A stretch of 64,000 nucleotides of DNA from Octopus sinensis. Taxonomy: Eukaryota. Numbering within the stretch: the first letter of the stretch is position 1; each line of letters opens with the position of its first letter. The position numbers and the translations under genes were made by a program. Below are positions 13,452 to 25,485 of this stretch, piece after piece. The notes beneath the pieces were generated by a model. It did not search any database and was not told the origin of the DNA. It saw nothing but the letters and a program-made list of their open reading frames with translations. The stretch covers positions 42,594,001 through 42,658,000 of the forward strand of contig NC_042999.1 of assembly GCF_006345805.1 (NCBI RefSeq), read 5' to 3'.

Positions 13452-13740
13452 TATTTAAGAGATGAGGAATTATATACATTATTTACATATGCCCATGGGC
13501 ATATGGCATAGTGGTTAAGAGCGTGGGCTACTAACCCCAAGATTCCGAGTTCAATTCCAAGCAGTGGCCTGAACAATAACAATAATAATAATAATAACAT
13601 CGTAATTTCCCCAAGACACCTGAAGAAAGCTGGAGGGTATATCAGCCGAAACATTGTGTTAACAACAGACAAGATGAGGACAAATATCCGTCCAATGTAA
13701 ATAATGTAAATAATGTACATAATTCCTCATCTTTTAAATA
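13452..13740 (+). mobile_element. Composite element: 37-bp inverted repeats enclosing a tRNA-Ile-like head, (AAT)n and a hammerhead-like motif
   Basis: Arms 13452-13488 and 13704-13740 match at 35/37. tRNA-like segment ~13497-13570. CTGAAGA...GAAA core at 13620-13651. Confidence 0.6.
13615..13660 (+). ncRNA. Degenerate minimal type I hammerhead ribozyme motif
   Basis: Stem I gacac/gtgtt, core CUGAAGA, stem II gctgg/tcagc, GAAA, A-ca-U mini stem III, cleavage position U13655. Folded by eye only. Confidence 0.5.
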
Positions 13741-14158
13741 CGCTCCAGGTATTTAAAGGCTTTAATAAGCATTATCAGCAGTAAATTCACAAAATAGTTG
13801 AATCATTGAACAAAATATTGTATAGAACTGCATTATCTAATTGGTACGGAGCCGCCAGCATGGCCACAGTCAAATGACTGAAACAAGTAAAAGAGTAAAA
13901 GAGTAAGTTAGTATAAGTTGGACAGGGTGCCAGAGACCATTCACTTCTAGGTATGAGTAAAGGTGCATGGCTTAGTGGCTGGGCTATTCAATTCATGATT
14001 GTAAAGTCATGAGTTTGAAAACTGGTGGCGCACTCTGTCCTTGAGCAAGTCACTTTATTTCATGTTGCTCCAGTCTACTCAGCTGGCAAAAATGAGTAAT
14101 GCCTGTAATTCCGTGTCACATTGCATCTCTCTATACACATGTCTGTGGAGTGCTCAGC

Positions 14159-14520
14159 CATCATCATCATCATCATCATTTAACGTCCGCTTTCCATGCT
14201 AACATGGGTTGGACGATTTTGACTGAGGGCTGGTGAACCAGATGGCTGCACCAGACTCCAATCTTGATGGCAGTGTTTCTACAGCTGGATGCCCTTCTTA
14301 ACGCCAACCACTCTGACAGTGTAGTGGGTGCTTTTTACATGCCACCGGCACAGGGGCCAGTCAGGCGGTATAGGCAATGACCTCGCTCGAATCTTTTTAC
14401 ACATGTCACTGGCACAGGTGCCAGTAAGGTGACGTTGGTAGCGATCACGCTCGAATGGTGCCCTTTTACATGCCACGGCATGGGGGTCAGTCAGGTGGTA
14501 CTGGCAATGATCATGCTCGA
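14159..14520 (-). mobile_element. RTE 3'-UTR fragment interrupting a SINE (13960-14158 and 14521-14600)
   Basis: (CAT)n tail and ccatgctaacatggg motif. The two flanks join into one SINE similar to the split copy at 9660-10420. Confidence 0.7.
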
Positions 14521-16722
14521 ATCTGCATGTTAATTTCATGGGCAGGCTGTTTTGGAACCCGCGTCATCATAACCAATGGAGTACCCGTCCTAGATATGTC
14601 AGGAGACCACAACTTGCTTGTATATTTTATTTTGACAATAGGTTTCTGAGTGTGAATGCTCTTCCTATCACCCACTACTTTACAGAGAGTATTCAGCACA
14701 TTTTATCATGGCACCATCACTAAAGGAGCTGTCATATCCTCAGTAACATAGCATACCCCACTCTTTACAATACATTTTCTTCACTTATTCACGAATCACA
14801 TAGACATAAAATTAGTAAATATAATACAATAGAGGAGTCACTCCAAAATGCTCTAAATATTGTCTGTTATATATGTTCACCTTGGACTAAATTGATCAAT
14901 GATCTTTAACACAGAGTAAATATATGACTGTGTAGCTGAGAAGCTTGCACTTACGGGATTTAGGCTTCAGTTAAATTTTTTCTGCAAAAGCCTCATTTTA
15001 GTCAACAAGTTCCAGTCTGATTTGGCATGGTTTCTGTAGATAGATGCCCTTCTTAATGCCAACTGCTGTACAGAGTTGTTGGGTGTTTTTTATATGGCAG
15101 CACAGGTGCTTTTTATGTAACACCAGTACAGGTAACTTTTATGTGCACCAACACAGGTACTTCTTATATGGCACCAGCATGGGTGTATTTTACATGGCAT
15201 CAACACTGGTCCCAGGTAACTTTTATGTGGAGCCAGCACAGGTGCTTTTTACATGGCCTTGGTAAGGGGCTCTTGCAAGGCAAAACCCCCTTCAGCTGGG
15301 ATGGGAGCATTAACAATTCTGCTATTATGGATGGGGCTTCACAGCAACAGCAAGGTGCCAGATATTTTGGGGTCCTTTTGACAATAAAAGAGCATTTGAC
15401 AATTAAAATATTTGGTTCAACAAAGTTACTATCTGACTCGTTACAAGCATGGAAAAATGGACATTAAAATGATGTTATATATCAGACAGATAGGGGAACA
15501 GAAAGATTCTGCTAACTTCCAAGCATCACATCAACTAGAAATAGAACAAAAGGCCAAAATTGAAACAGTCTTTCTTTTAGATGATCCTAAAATCGTAAAG
15601 GTGATGATGACCTTTACTGAAGATTTTAGATATCAACGAGTTAAGCTTCCCCGCCTACTTTGAAGACCAATCTTTTTCAATAGGCTGGGTATAATTAGCG
15701 AATAACAGCCTTTGATTCACCAGCTACAAACACGAGCCAATTAGGAATCATCTTTGCAGTTATTCATACTGCCAAATCTCGCTTAAATCACATGCTACCA
15801 TCATAAAATTATAAGGAAATATGGGAAACATAACCCTACTCAAGAGAGTCATGCTTTGGTCTACTTCATCAGGAATGACCTGATCAAGCAGGTCTATGAT
15901 CAAAGGATTCCAACACACACACACACACACACAGATACAGGTACACACATGCACACACACACATATACACACATGCACACACATGTATTGACAAACTAGA
16001 AACAGAAACACTAAAGACAAGATAGAATGACCCAGGATGACCAGGACATAGAATGGTTTGAATGAACAACAGAACACACCTGAGTGAAGAATGCAAATTT
16101 AAAAAACAAAAAAAAAACTGTGGTTAACGACCTTGCTTTGCAACCACATGGCTTTGGGTTGGTTCAGTCCCACAGTGGTTCAGTCCCCATGAGCAAGCAT
16201 CTGCTACTGTAGCCTGGGCTAATCAATACTTCATGAGTAAATTTGGAAGATGGAAACTGTGTGGAAGCCGGTTGTATATAAGTATGTGAGTATACAAGTG
16301 TGTGTGTGTGAATTTGTAGTTGTCACCACCACCACCACTGCTGTTGGTTTGTTTATGGCCCTGTAATACAACAGTTCAACAAAAAGAAAACCTACAAAAT
16401 ATGAACCTGACTTTAAAAATTAAGTCTTAGGGATCAGGTTAATCCCTCAAGGTGGTGCTCCTGCATGGCCAGGGTCCAACTATTAACACAAGTAAAATAA
16501 TTTAAAAAAAACATAAATTATGGCCTTTAGATATTGGAAATTCTAACTGCAAAGTTAGTAAAATATAAAAACAACAGGTGAAATTTTCAAATGAAGTCTC
16601 ATTTTTGTTATCTAATATATTTTATACTTCTTTTTATGCTGACCAGCTTTGATAATGGACGGAGTCAACAACTTACTCGAAGAGGTTGCAAGACGCAATG
16701 AAAATTTCAGAAAAAAATAAAT

Positions 16723-16889
16723 GCAGGAGTGGTTGTGTGGTAAGTAGCTTGCTTACCAACCATATGGTTCTGGGTTCAACCCTACGGCGTGGCACTTTGG
16801 GCAAGTGTCTTCTACTATAGCCTTGGGCCTACAAAGACTTGTGAATGGATTTGGAAGACGGAAACTGAAAGAAGACGATTGTATATATG

Positions 16890-16930
<41 letters not shown>

Positions 16931-17169
16931 TATATATACATGTATGTGTGTGTATATGTTTGTGTGTCTGTGTTTGTCCCACCAACATTGCTTGACAACT
17001 GATGGTGGTGTGTTTGCGTCTCCATAACTTAGCGGTTCGGCAAAAAAGACCGATAGAGTAAGTACTAGGCTTACAAAGAATAAGTCGTCGGATCGATTTG
17101 CCCGACTAAAAGCAATGCTCCAGCATGGCCGCAGTCAAATGTCTGAAACAAGTAAAAGAGTAAAAGAGT
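16723..17169 (+). mobile_element. SINE family A, full-length
   Basis: Complete from the gcaggagtgg head to the aagtaaaagagtaaaagagt tail. Confidence 0.85.
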
Positions 17170-17396
17170 ATGCCAAACAAGATGCTTAGCAGCATTTTGT
17201 CCATCTTTATACTGTGTTCAAATTCTGTGAGGTTGATTTTGCCTTTCGTCCTTTCAGAGTCAATGAAATATGCACCAGAGGAGCACTTGGATCAATATAA
17301 CCAACTAGTCCCCACCCCAAAATTTCAGGCCTCAAGCCTATGGTAGAAAGGATTATTTTACAGCCAGATACCCTTCTTGTCACTAACCCTTGCCTA

Positions 17397-17789
17397 TCTC
17401 TATATATATAAAGCTGAAGTTGTCTGTGTATGGCAGGTTTGGTAGCCTTCAACTAACACTATCTCCTCCGTGACCCTGCGGCGCAAGTTGACCAAAATTG
17501 AGAGTATGATAGAAGAAGGCTTGCTCTTCCTTCCGTAGAAGAAAAAAATCAAATCGGACCATGTTAACACCAAAAATTATTTACATCAAAAAGGTGCTTT
17601 CTTTTCTATGAAAATCCTTATTTTTTATGATTTTTTGACTGCTGTGTCACCATTTTTCGGTGTATTTCAACCAGAAAAATGTTCACTTAAAGAGAATAAC
17701 AAGCTACATAATGCAAAATTTTTACTTTTCAAAAATTCCAATTCTAAAGGGTCGAAACAAACCTGAGCAACATTGGGTGATACTACTAG
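17397..17789 (+). mobile_element. Non-autonomous Helitron
   Basis: Begins A^TC(tctatatatataaa) and ends CTAG^T, preceded by a subterminal hairpin remnant (cctgagcaacattggg). A second copy is at 48706-49097. Confidence 0.75.
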
Positions 17790-17944
17790 TTTTCAGATAA
17801 CGGTGCTCTTACTCCACATATCTTTGAAAGCACAAAGTCACCAGACAATTTGTTGACAGGAGAAATGAATGAGAACATCACCACCTGCAAACCCAGCAAT
17901 TTTTGGAGATATATACTCTTTCAAGTACCCAAGTACCCCAAGTA

Positions 17945-18510
17945 CCCCGGATCCCAGAACGTCCCGCTGTGCTTGAGGAGACCTGTTGAGTCAAGTACAT
18001 GAACATGAACGTCGAAATAAATATCAATGGAAATAGTAGTTGTGATGCCTGTGTCGGTGGCACATAAAAAGCAGTATCCGAACGTGGCCGATGCCAGCGC
18101 CGCCCCGACTGGCTTCTGTGCCGGTGGCACATAAAAAGCACCATCCGAACGTGGCTGATGCCAGCGCCGCCCCGACTGGCTCCTGTGCCGGTGGCACATA
18201 AAAAGACCATCTGAACGTTGCCAGCATACACATGCCTTGGCTGGCTTCCATGCCGCTGGCACGTTAAAAGCTCCAACCGATCGTGACCGATGCCGGACCC
18301 CCCCTGGCACCTGTGCAGGTGGCACGTAAAAAGCACACACTACACTCGCGGAGTGGTTGGCGTTAGGAAGGGCATCCAGCCATAGAAACTCTGCCAGATC
18401 AGACTGGAGCCTGGAGCAGCCCCTGGCTTCCCAGACCCCGGTCGAACCGTCCAACCCATGCTAGCGCAGAAAACGGATGTTAAACGATGATGATGATGAT
18501 GATGATGATG
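17945..18510 (+). mobile_element. RTE 3'-UTR fragment with internal 67-bp tandem repeats
   Basis: Ends in (GAT)n. Units begin ggtggcacataaaaag at 18056, 18123 and 18190. Confidence 0.85.
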
Positions 18511-19208
18511 ATACAAATGTAAGCAAGCACAAACACACAAGTGCACACACACACACACACACACATGAATGAAAATATAAACATGATAGGATACTTTCAA
18601 TTTCTGTCTCTCAGATCCCCTCACAGGCAAAGGCTATTGTAGAAAACACCCAAGATGCATCATAGTGTGAGACTGAACCTGAAACCTCTTGATTCAGAAA
18701 CAAACCTTTTAATCCCACAGCCACACCTGTACCTCATTCATATATCAGAATCAATTAGGGAAACAGGAAAAAATTTTAAACACCCCTGAATCTTAAATTG
18801 AAACTCAAATTAAAATTCAATAAAATAACAGAAACTTAAAAAATACTTTTTGAAAAATCTCAAAAAATATTATTTTTAAACCAAATATTTTTATCTTTTT
18901 ATCAGAATCAGATTTCAATTACATATCTTTTCTTCAACGTAATTTTGGTTTATGAAAATGTTTCAGACTTGTAACTAACTAGACATGTCACAAACAAAAA
19001 AATTCTATTAATTCAAATTAAAACTGCCACATCTATAAATTTTATCTAAATGTTTTCTTATTAAAAGCTTCACCAAAAAAGTATAGAACTGAGCTATTTA
19101 TTGAAAGCTCTGAAATAGTCAACCTTAATCATATGTATTAGACAAGTAAAACAACACAAACCACACTGACACACATACACCTGTACACATGTACCTACAC
19201 ACACACAG

Positions 19209-19249
<41 letters not shown>

Positions 19250-19264
19250 ATCACAAGAATTTAC

Positions 19265-19370
19265 CTTTAATATATCGAAACACTTCTGTATTTTCCGCAT
19301 GTCAGCTCCGACATCTAAGACTGCCTCCAATTCAGAATCTTCTAAGTAGTGGTTTACTAAATCTATACAT
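19265..19370 (-). CDS. KIF6: KIF6-like exon, 106 nt: stalk
   Basis: A+CIDLVNHYLEDSELEAVLDVGADMRKIQKCFDILK; VGADMRK is KIF6-like. Donor gtaaat. The frame-preserving acceptor is ttttgag. Confidence 0.88.
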
Positions 19371-20112
19371 CTCAAAAACAAAATGGTTGGATGATTTTAA
19401 TTACTTTTGAGGTTACTGAAATTAATTGCTTTCCAAAACGAAATTCAGGAGGAAAAAAAAAATAACATATAAACAAACAATTAAAAATAAACAAATTTAT
19501 AAATAACTAAAAAAAAGAAAAAGAAATAACAGCCTTAAATCTGCCATATTTTTCACAGAGACTCTATAAAATATTTTCCTACCCCCAATATATTGCTTGT
19601 AAGGTTGCAGAAGTTAATTAGAACTTCTGAATAAAAACTGTAGGTGCGACATAATAAATTGGTATAAGATTTCATGAAAATGTATTTAAATTTGTTCAAA
19701 TTGAAGCAGCATTGCTATAAAATTAACGAGTCTTTACTGTAACTTGTATTGAAAGGTATCAACTCCATTTCTTCTCGTAAATATGGAAGAGAGAAGGGTG
19801 AGCTCTTCTATGCTAACGAGCTTGAGGTAAAACTTCATGAAGATGAAGTTGTTAGTAGTGACCCTTTCACCTGCTAAAAAACACAGCTTTGTTTTTTGCT
19901 TTGTTTTTTTTTGTTTTTTTTAAATACTAACTACATAAAAATTTTCTAAAAATATCATTCTTGTAAGGTTGCAGATGTTAATTAAAAATGTTTGACTAAA
20001 GACCTAGGTGATGTAATATAATGAATTGGTTTAAGATTCTAGGAAAGTGGATCTGAATTTGTTTGGAATTTCAACCAAACCAACAAAGAAACAAACAAAA
20101 TGCAATACATGT

Positions 20113-20277
20113 ATCATCATCATCATCATCATCGTCGTTTAACGTCCGTTCTCCATGCTAGCATGGGTTGGACGGTTCGACCGGGGTTCTGGGAAGCCAG
20201 AAGGCTGCACCAGGCTCAAGTCTAATTTGGCAATGTTTCTACAGCTGGATGCCCTTCCTAACGCCAACCACTCCGTG
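20113..20277 (-). mobile_element. RTE 3' tail fragment
   Basis: Nearly identical to 54374-54535. Confidence 0.85.
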
Positions 20278-20287
20278 TATGTATGTG

Positions 20288-20322
<35 letters not shown>

Positions 20323-20495
20323 ATACATATATATATGCAATACATATATATATATACAAACACAGAGGGAGAGAGAGATAGACAGACAGACAGACAGACA
20401 GAGAAAGAGAGAGGGGGAGATACATATATATATACATCTCATTTACTCTTTTACTCGTTTCAGTCATTTGATTGCGGCCACACTGGAGCATTGCA

Positions 20496-20531
<36 letters not shown>

Positions 20532-20596
20532 TGTATGAGGAGGAGGGGAGGAGGAGGTGAGAGAGATAGGGAGTGTAGAAGTGTGTTTATACTTAC

Positions 20597-20787
20597 TGCT
20601 GTACCTCTTCAGATGTAAGTTCGTCCTCCCGTATATCTCCGGTTCGTAGGGCTAACTCCTCTTTCAGTTGGTTAACTTCTTTCTTTAGTTTGGAAATCAA
20701 CAACTTTGGATCAAATTCCTCATTTAGAATGGCCTCATTCTTGATGAGTGCCACTCTCTGGGCAAAACGGCAAGTAGAGATTGATTC
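20597..20787 (-). CDS. KIF6: KIF6-like exon, 191 nt: helix 6, neck and coiled coil
   Basis: ESISTCRFAQRVALIKNEAILNEEFDPKLLISKLKKEVNQLKEELALRTGDIREDELTSEEVQ+CA. Acceptor ccctcag, donor gtaagt, phase 0 to 2. Confidence 0.95.
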
Positions 20788-21317
20788 CTGAGGGGCAGCA
20801 AAATGAACGGATTGATCAATAAGTAACCAAAAATAAAATAAAGACTAAAGGATACTAATAATTGTAATGTTATCATTTACTTGTTTCAGTCATTCAACTA
20901 CGTCCATGCTGGAGCACCCCCTTGAAGGATTCAGTTGAATAAATTGTACTTACTTTCAAGCTTAGTACTTATTCTAGCAGTCCCGTTTTCTGAAATCCTA
21001 AGTTTCAGGGATGAAAACAAACCAACATAGGCTATGTAGTGATAGTGAGGGACAAACACACGCACACACACAGACATATCTATGCGTCGTTCTGTTTATA
21101 TGCTAACATCACTTGACAACCGGTATTGGTTTGTTTATGTCTCTGTAACTTAGTGGTTCAGCAAAAGAAACCAATAAAATAAGCACCAGCCTTTCAAAAA
21201 AAAAAAATGTACTGGGTGTCAATTCATTTGGCTAAAAATTCTTGAAGGTAGTACACCAACATGACTGCTATCCAATGATTGACATAAGTTAAAGATGAAA
21301 GATAAAATATAAATATG

Positions 21318-21902
21318 AGTGGCTGTGTGGTAAGTAGTTTGCTTACCAAACACATGGTTCCGGGTTCATTCTCACTGCATGGCATCTTGGGCAAGTGTCT
21401 TATACTATAGCCTCGAACCAACTAAAGCCTTGTAAGTGAATTTGGTAGATGGAAATTGAAAAAAGCCCATTGTATATATGTATATATATATATATATGTA
21501 TGAGTGTGTGAATGTTTGTGTGTCTGTGTTTGTCCCCTCAACATTGCTTGACAACCGATACTGGTGTGTTTACATCCCCATAACTTAGCAGTTCGGCAAA
21601 AGAGACCAATAGAATACATACTAGGCTTACAAATAAAAAGTCCTGGGGTTAATTTGCTCGACTAAAGGCAGTGCCCCAGCATGGCCACAGTCAAATGACT
21701 AAAACAAGTAAAGGAGTAAAATATATACATAGGCGCAGGAGCGGCTGTGTGGTAAGTAGCTTGCTAACCAACCACATGGTTCCGGGTTCAGTCCCACTGC
21801 GTGGCATCTTGGGCAAGTGTCTTCTGCTATAGCCCCGGCCGACCAATGCCTTGTGAGTGGATTTGGTAGACGGAAACTGAAAGAAGCCTGTCGTATATAT
21901 GC

Positions 21903-21934
<32 letters not shown>

Positions 21935-22310
21935 TTGTGTGTCTGTGTTTGTCCCCCTAGCATTGCTTGACAACCGATGCTGGTGTGTTTACGTCCCCGT
22001 CACTTAGCGGTTCGGCAAAAGAGACCGATAGAATAAGTACTGGGCTTACAAAGAATAAGTCCCGGGATCGATTTGCTCGACTAAAGGCAGTGCTCCAGCA
22101 TGGCCGCAGTCAAATGACTGAAACAAGTAAAAGAGTAAAAGAGTAATAGGCGCAGGAGTGGCTGTGTGGTAAGTAGCTTGCTTACCAACTACATGGTTCC
22201 GGGTTCATTCCCACTGTGTGGCACCTTGGGCAACTGTCTTATACTATAGCCTTGGGCCGACCAAAGCCTTATGAGTGGATTTGGTAGATGGAAACTGAAA
22301 GAAGCCTGTC

Positions 22311-22357
<47 letters not shown>

Positions 22358-22643
22358 GTGTGTATGTGTGTGTGTATATGTCTGTGTTTGTCCCCCCAAC
22401 ATCGCTTGACAACCGATGCTGGTGTATTTTCGTCAACGTAACTTAGCAGTTCATTTGACTGCAGCCATGCTGGAGCACCACCTTTAGTCAAGCAAATCAA
22501 CCCCAGGACTTATTCTTTCTAAGCCTAGTACTTATTCTATTGGTCTCTTTTGCCGAACTGCTAAGTTACGGGGATGTAAATACACCAGCATCAGTTGTCA
22601 AGCGATGTTGGGGGGGACAAACACAGACTCACTAACACACACA

Positions 22644-22711
<68 letters not shown>

Positions 22712-22838
22712 CGACAGGCTTCTTTCAGTTTCCGTCTACCAAATCCACTCACAAGGCTTTGGTCAGCCCGAGGCTATAGTAGAAGACACTTGCCCAAGGT
22801 GCCTCACAGTGGGACTGAACCTGGAACCATGTGGTTGG
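21318..22838. mobile_element. Cluster of SINE family A: three + copies then one - copy
   Basis: + copies at 21318-21720, 21730-22144 and 22148-22451 (3' truncated); the third is fused to a - copy at 22452-22838. Confidence 0.85.
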
Positions 22839-23153
22839 TGGAATTTATAAATATTTAATACAACACTACGTACATTTCCACAGATCAGATAATTTTAACA
22901 CCAAAGTTGGTATCCTTGGGATTAGTACAGCACAGCCCATATTATCGTGTGCATCAACAAGGATCCATTTCATCAGGCGATACTGTATCATTGGAAGAAT
23001 CACAGAGGGATGTTTATCCCATCTTGCCAGTATGAGGGTCAATCTAGCTGTATAATCTATACTGTACTAATCCCAAAGATACCAACTCTGGTGTCAAAAT
23101 CATCTGATCTGTGGAAACTTATGTTGTGATGTATTAAATATCTATAAATTCCA
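22839..23153. mobile_element. Foldback/MITE-like element with ~92-bp imperfect terminal inverted repeats
   Basis: tggaatttataaatatttaatac...ttgggattagtacag (22839-22930) pairs with ctgtactaatcccaa...gtattaaatatctataaattcca (23062-23153). Confidence 0.75.
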
Positions 23154-23348
23154 TCCTGTTATTATTGTATTTATCCCACATTACATCGGTATAACAATGA
23201 TGCAACTCCGAAAATCTGACTCGCTAGTCAGTATCATTAAACGGTAGCTGGCATAATGAAATAGGAGCTCTATTTGCATGCCCCTAATGTTACTTAAATG
23301 AATTTAAAAGATATGTGTGTACAGTATCAAGCAAAAAATGAGAACGAT

Positions 23349-23810
23349 TAATAATGATAATGAAATTAATGTATACAGTGCTCAGGTGCACCACAACTTG
23401 TCAGAAAATGCGTATAAAGTACATGCAGTAATGTACAAATGTCTGGAAAGCGAACAATGTATGAGTCAGATACATGCTTGTGTGTGTATGGAGGGGAGAA
23501 AATCAGGTGTAGTGTTGGCGAATCTCAGAAAGCATGGAAGTTTTGAAGGATGCAGTGCTCCGACAACTAACCACTGATGCCGGCAGTTTGTTCCATGCTT
23601 CAGCAACTCTCAGCGTGAAAAAATGTTTCCTGAAGTCATGGGAGCTGTGCTGTTTCCTGACTTTGTAAATATGTCCACGGGTGTTAGACAGGTGGAGTTT
23701 GAAAAGTTGCTCAGAGTTATTGTTTGTAAGATGGTTGATAATTTTATGGGTGTCTGCCAAGTCAGCTGCCAGACGTCGGAGTTTCAATGTGTCCATGCCC
23801 AGGGAGGTAA
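23349..23810 (-). mobile_element. CR1-type LINE 3' fragment
   Basis: ORF 23503-23796 reads LRRLAADL..HKII..NTRGH..K..R.HFFTLRVAEAWNKLP..VV, the typical CR1-group ORF2 C-terminus, followed by a 3' UTR and (ATT)-like tail. Confidence 0.85.
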
Positions 23811-23884
23811 GGTGTTCAGAATAATATTTTTTTTAAATTTTGGAAAAGCTAGTAAACGTACAAATGTGCAATTGGTTTCATAAA

Positions 23885-24345
23885 TACAGTTCACCATTAG
23901 CTGTGGAAAATCTAATTTTGTACAATGGTCTGAATATAAGTTAATAACATTAATACTAGTTTCATCCAAATGTCTCATGTGCAAAATAAGAGAATAATCA
24001 AACCAAAAAATGCTTTAATTAACTCAAAACCAAAACAATGGTTGAAAGAAATGTAAATATGAACTTAGTACAGTTAATACGATGTTTGTAGACCTTTGTT
24101 GGAGATCCCCTCTGCACATCGATTGCCATAGGATATAACAAGCTTCCTACACAGGTCAGGTGTTACTTTCTTCCATTCCTCTTCTAATGTCTCCCATAAA
24201 TTCGTCATAGTAGATGGTGACCTTTGTGTTACTTTGTCTCCAAGTATCTTCCAAAGGTTTTAAAAGTGGATTTAAGTCTGGAATTTGAGCTGGCCACTTC
24301 CTTACTTGGATATTTCGTTCAAATGTGAGTCCTAACATTAGCATT
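23885..24345 (-). mobile_element. Tc1-like transposase 3' relic
   Basis: WPAQIPDLNP (cf. WPAQSPDLNPIE) and, after a frameshift, LWETLEEEWKKVTPDLCRKLVISYGNRCAEGISNKGLQTSY*. Confidence 0.8.
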
Positions 24346-24907
24346 TAATTCTTTATTATTTAGTTTTTCTCTCAATTGGCCCCCGTACTAATGGAACCAT
24401 CTGCTAGTCAAGAACAGAGACTGTGGTTTATCCCCCCACATGAGATTTTCTTTGGAATGCTAAGACCATCTCCTTTGCATGCTCTTTCCGTCCAACTTAT
24501 TTTATTTGAGATTTGGTGAGGAAAATTCCAAGTCTTTCTAACCATGCAACAACAACCGTTCTTGTTGTTGTTTTTGTTGTTGCTAATCTTACTCTCATCT
24601 TTCCCGGCAGCTATAACAGACAGGAGTTGCCTGGAGACCTTTCTTGCTTCTACGTTGGGAGTCCATGGCACCAACATCTCTAGCAATGTTGCTGTGTTTC
24701 AAGAGAGTTTCTCTCTCTCTCTCTCACACACACACACACTCTTTCTCTCTCTCTCTCTCTATAAACATACATATGTACATATTTTTAGGAATAAAAAATT
24801 AATCTTAATACATAGCAACATATAATATGCATGCATACATGCATCTATGCATACATATATTGTTGTGTTTGTACATGTATGCATATATAAATGCATGGTT
24901 CTTGCTA

Positions 24908-24938
<31 letters not shown>

Positions 24939-25163
24939 GTATACATACATATGTACATATTTTTAGGAATAAAGAAAAAGAAAATGAATCTAAATACATA
25001 GCAACATATAATATACATGCATCTTTCCATACATATATTGGTATGTTTGTGCATAAGGTTCTCTCTCTCTTCCTCTCCAAATGTGTGTGTTTATATGTGT
25101 GTGTGAATGTGTGTGTGTGTATATATATGTGTGTGTGTGTATATATATATATATATCATCATC

Positions 25164-25229
25164 GAGCAATGCATATACATGCATACACATATGTATTTTG
25201 CGCATGTGCATATTATGTGTTTAGATGCA

Positions 25230-25267
<38 letters not shown>

Positions 25268-25344
25268 GATATATAGATATATATATATATATATATATGG
25301 TCGAGATACCATATATATATATATATATATATGGTCGAGATACC

Positions 25345-25416
<72 letters not shown>

Positions 25417-25485
25417 AAATGCATCTAAACACACAATATGTACATGTGCAAAATACATATGTGTATGCATGTATATGCATTGCTC
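25164..25485. repeat. Local inverted duplication (palindrome)
   Basis: gagcaatgcatatacatgc...gatgcattttt(ct)n versus (ag)n ataaaaatgcatc...gcattgctc. The centre holds two atggtcgagataccat units in (TA)n. Confidence 0.85.

Noticed and set aside
15580-15635. C/D-box-like TGATGA...CTGA in a small hairpin
   Set aside because: The boxes are too close together for a snoRNA and lie antisense to the host gene.
13283-18950. Shared ~160-bp sequence at 13283-13440 and 18797-18950 as ends of one large element
   Set aside because: Same orientation and no TSD; more simply two dispersed copies of a DNA-transposon terminal fragment.
1-19264. Next KIF6 exon (expected QRDNEI-like peptide)
   Set aside because: Candidate unique stretches (2640-2830, 7140-7320, 9360-9540, 13060-13260, 15480-15900) gave no KIF6-like peptide by eye. 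A diverged exon could have been missed; TBLASTN or RNA-seq would settle it.
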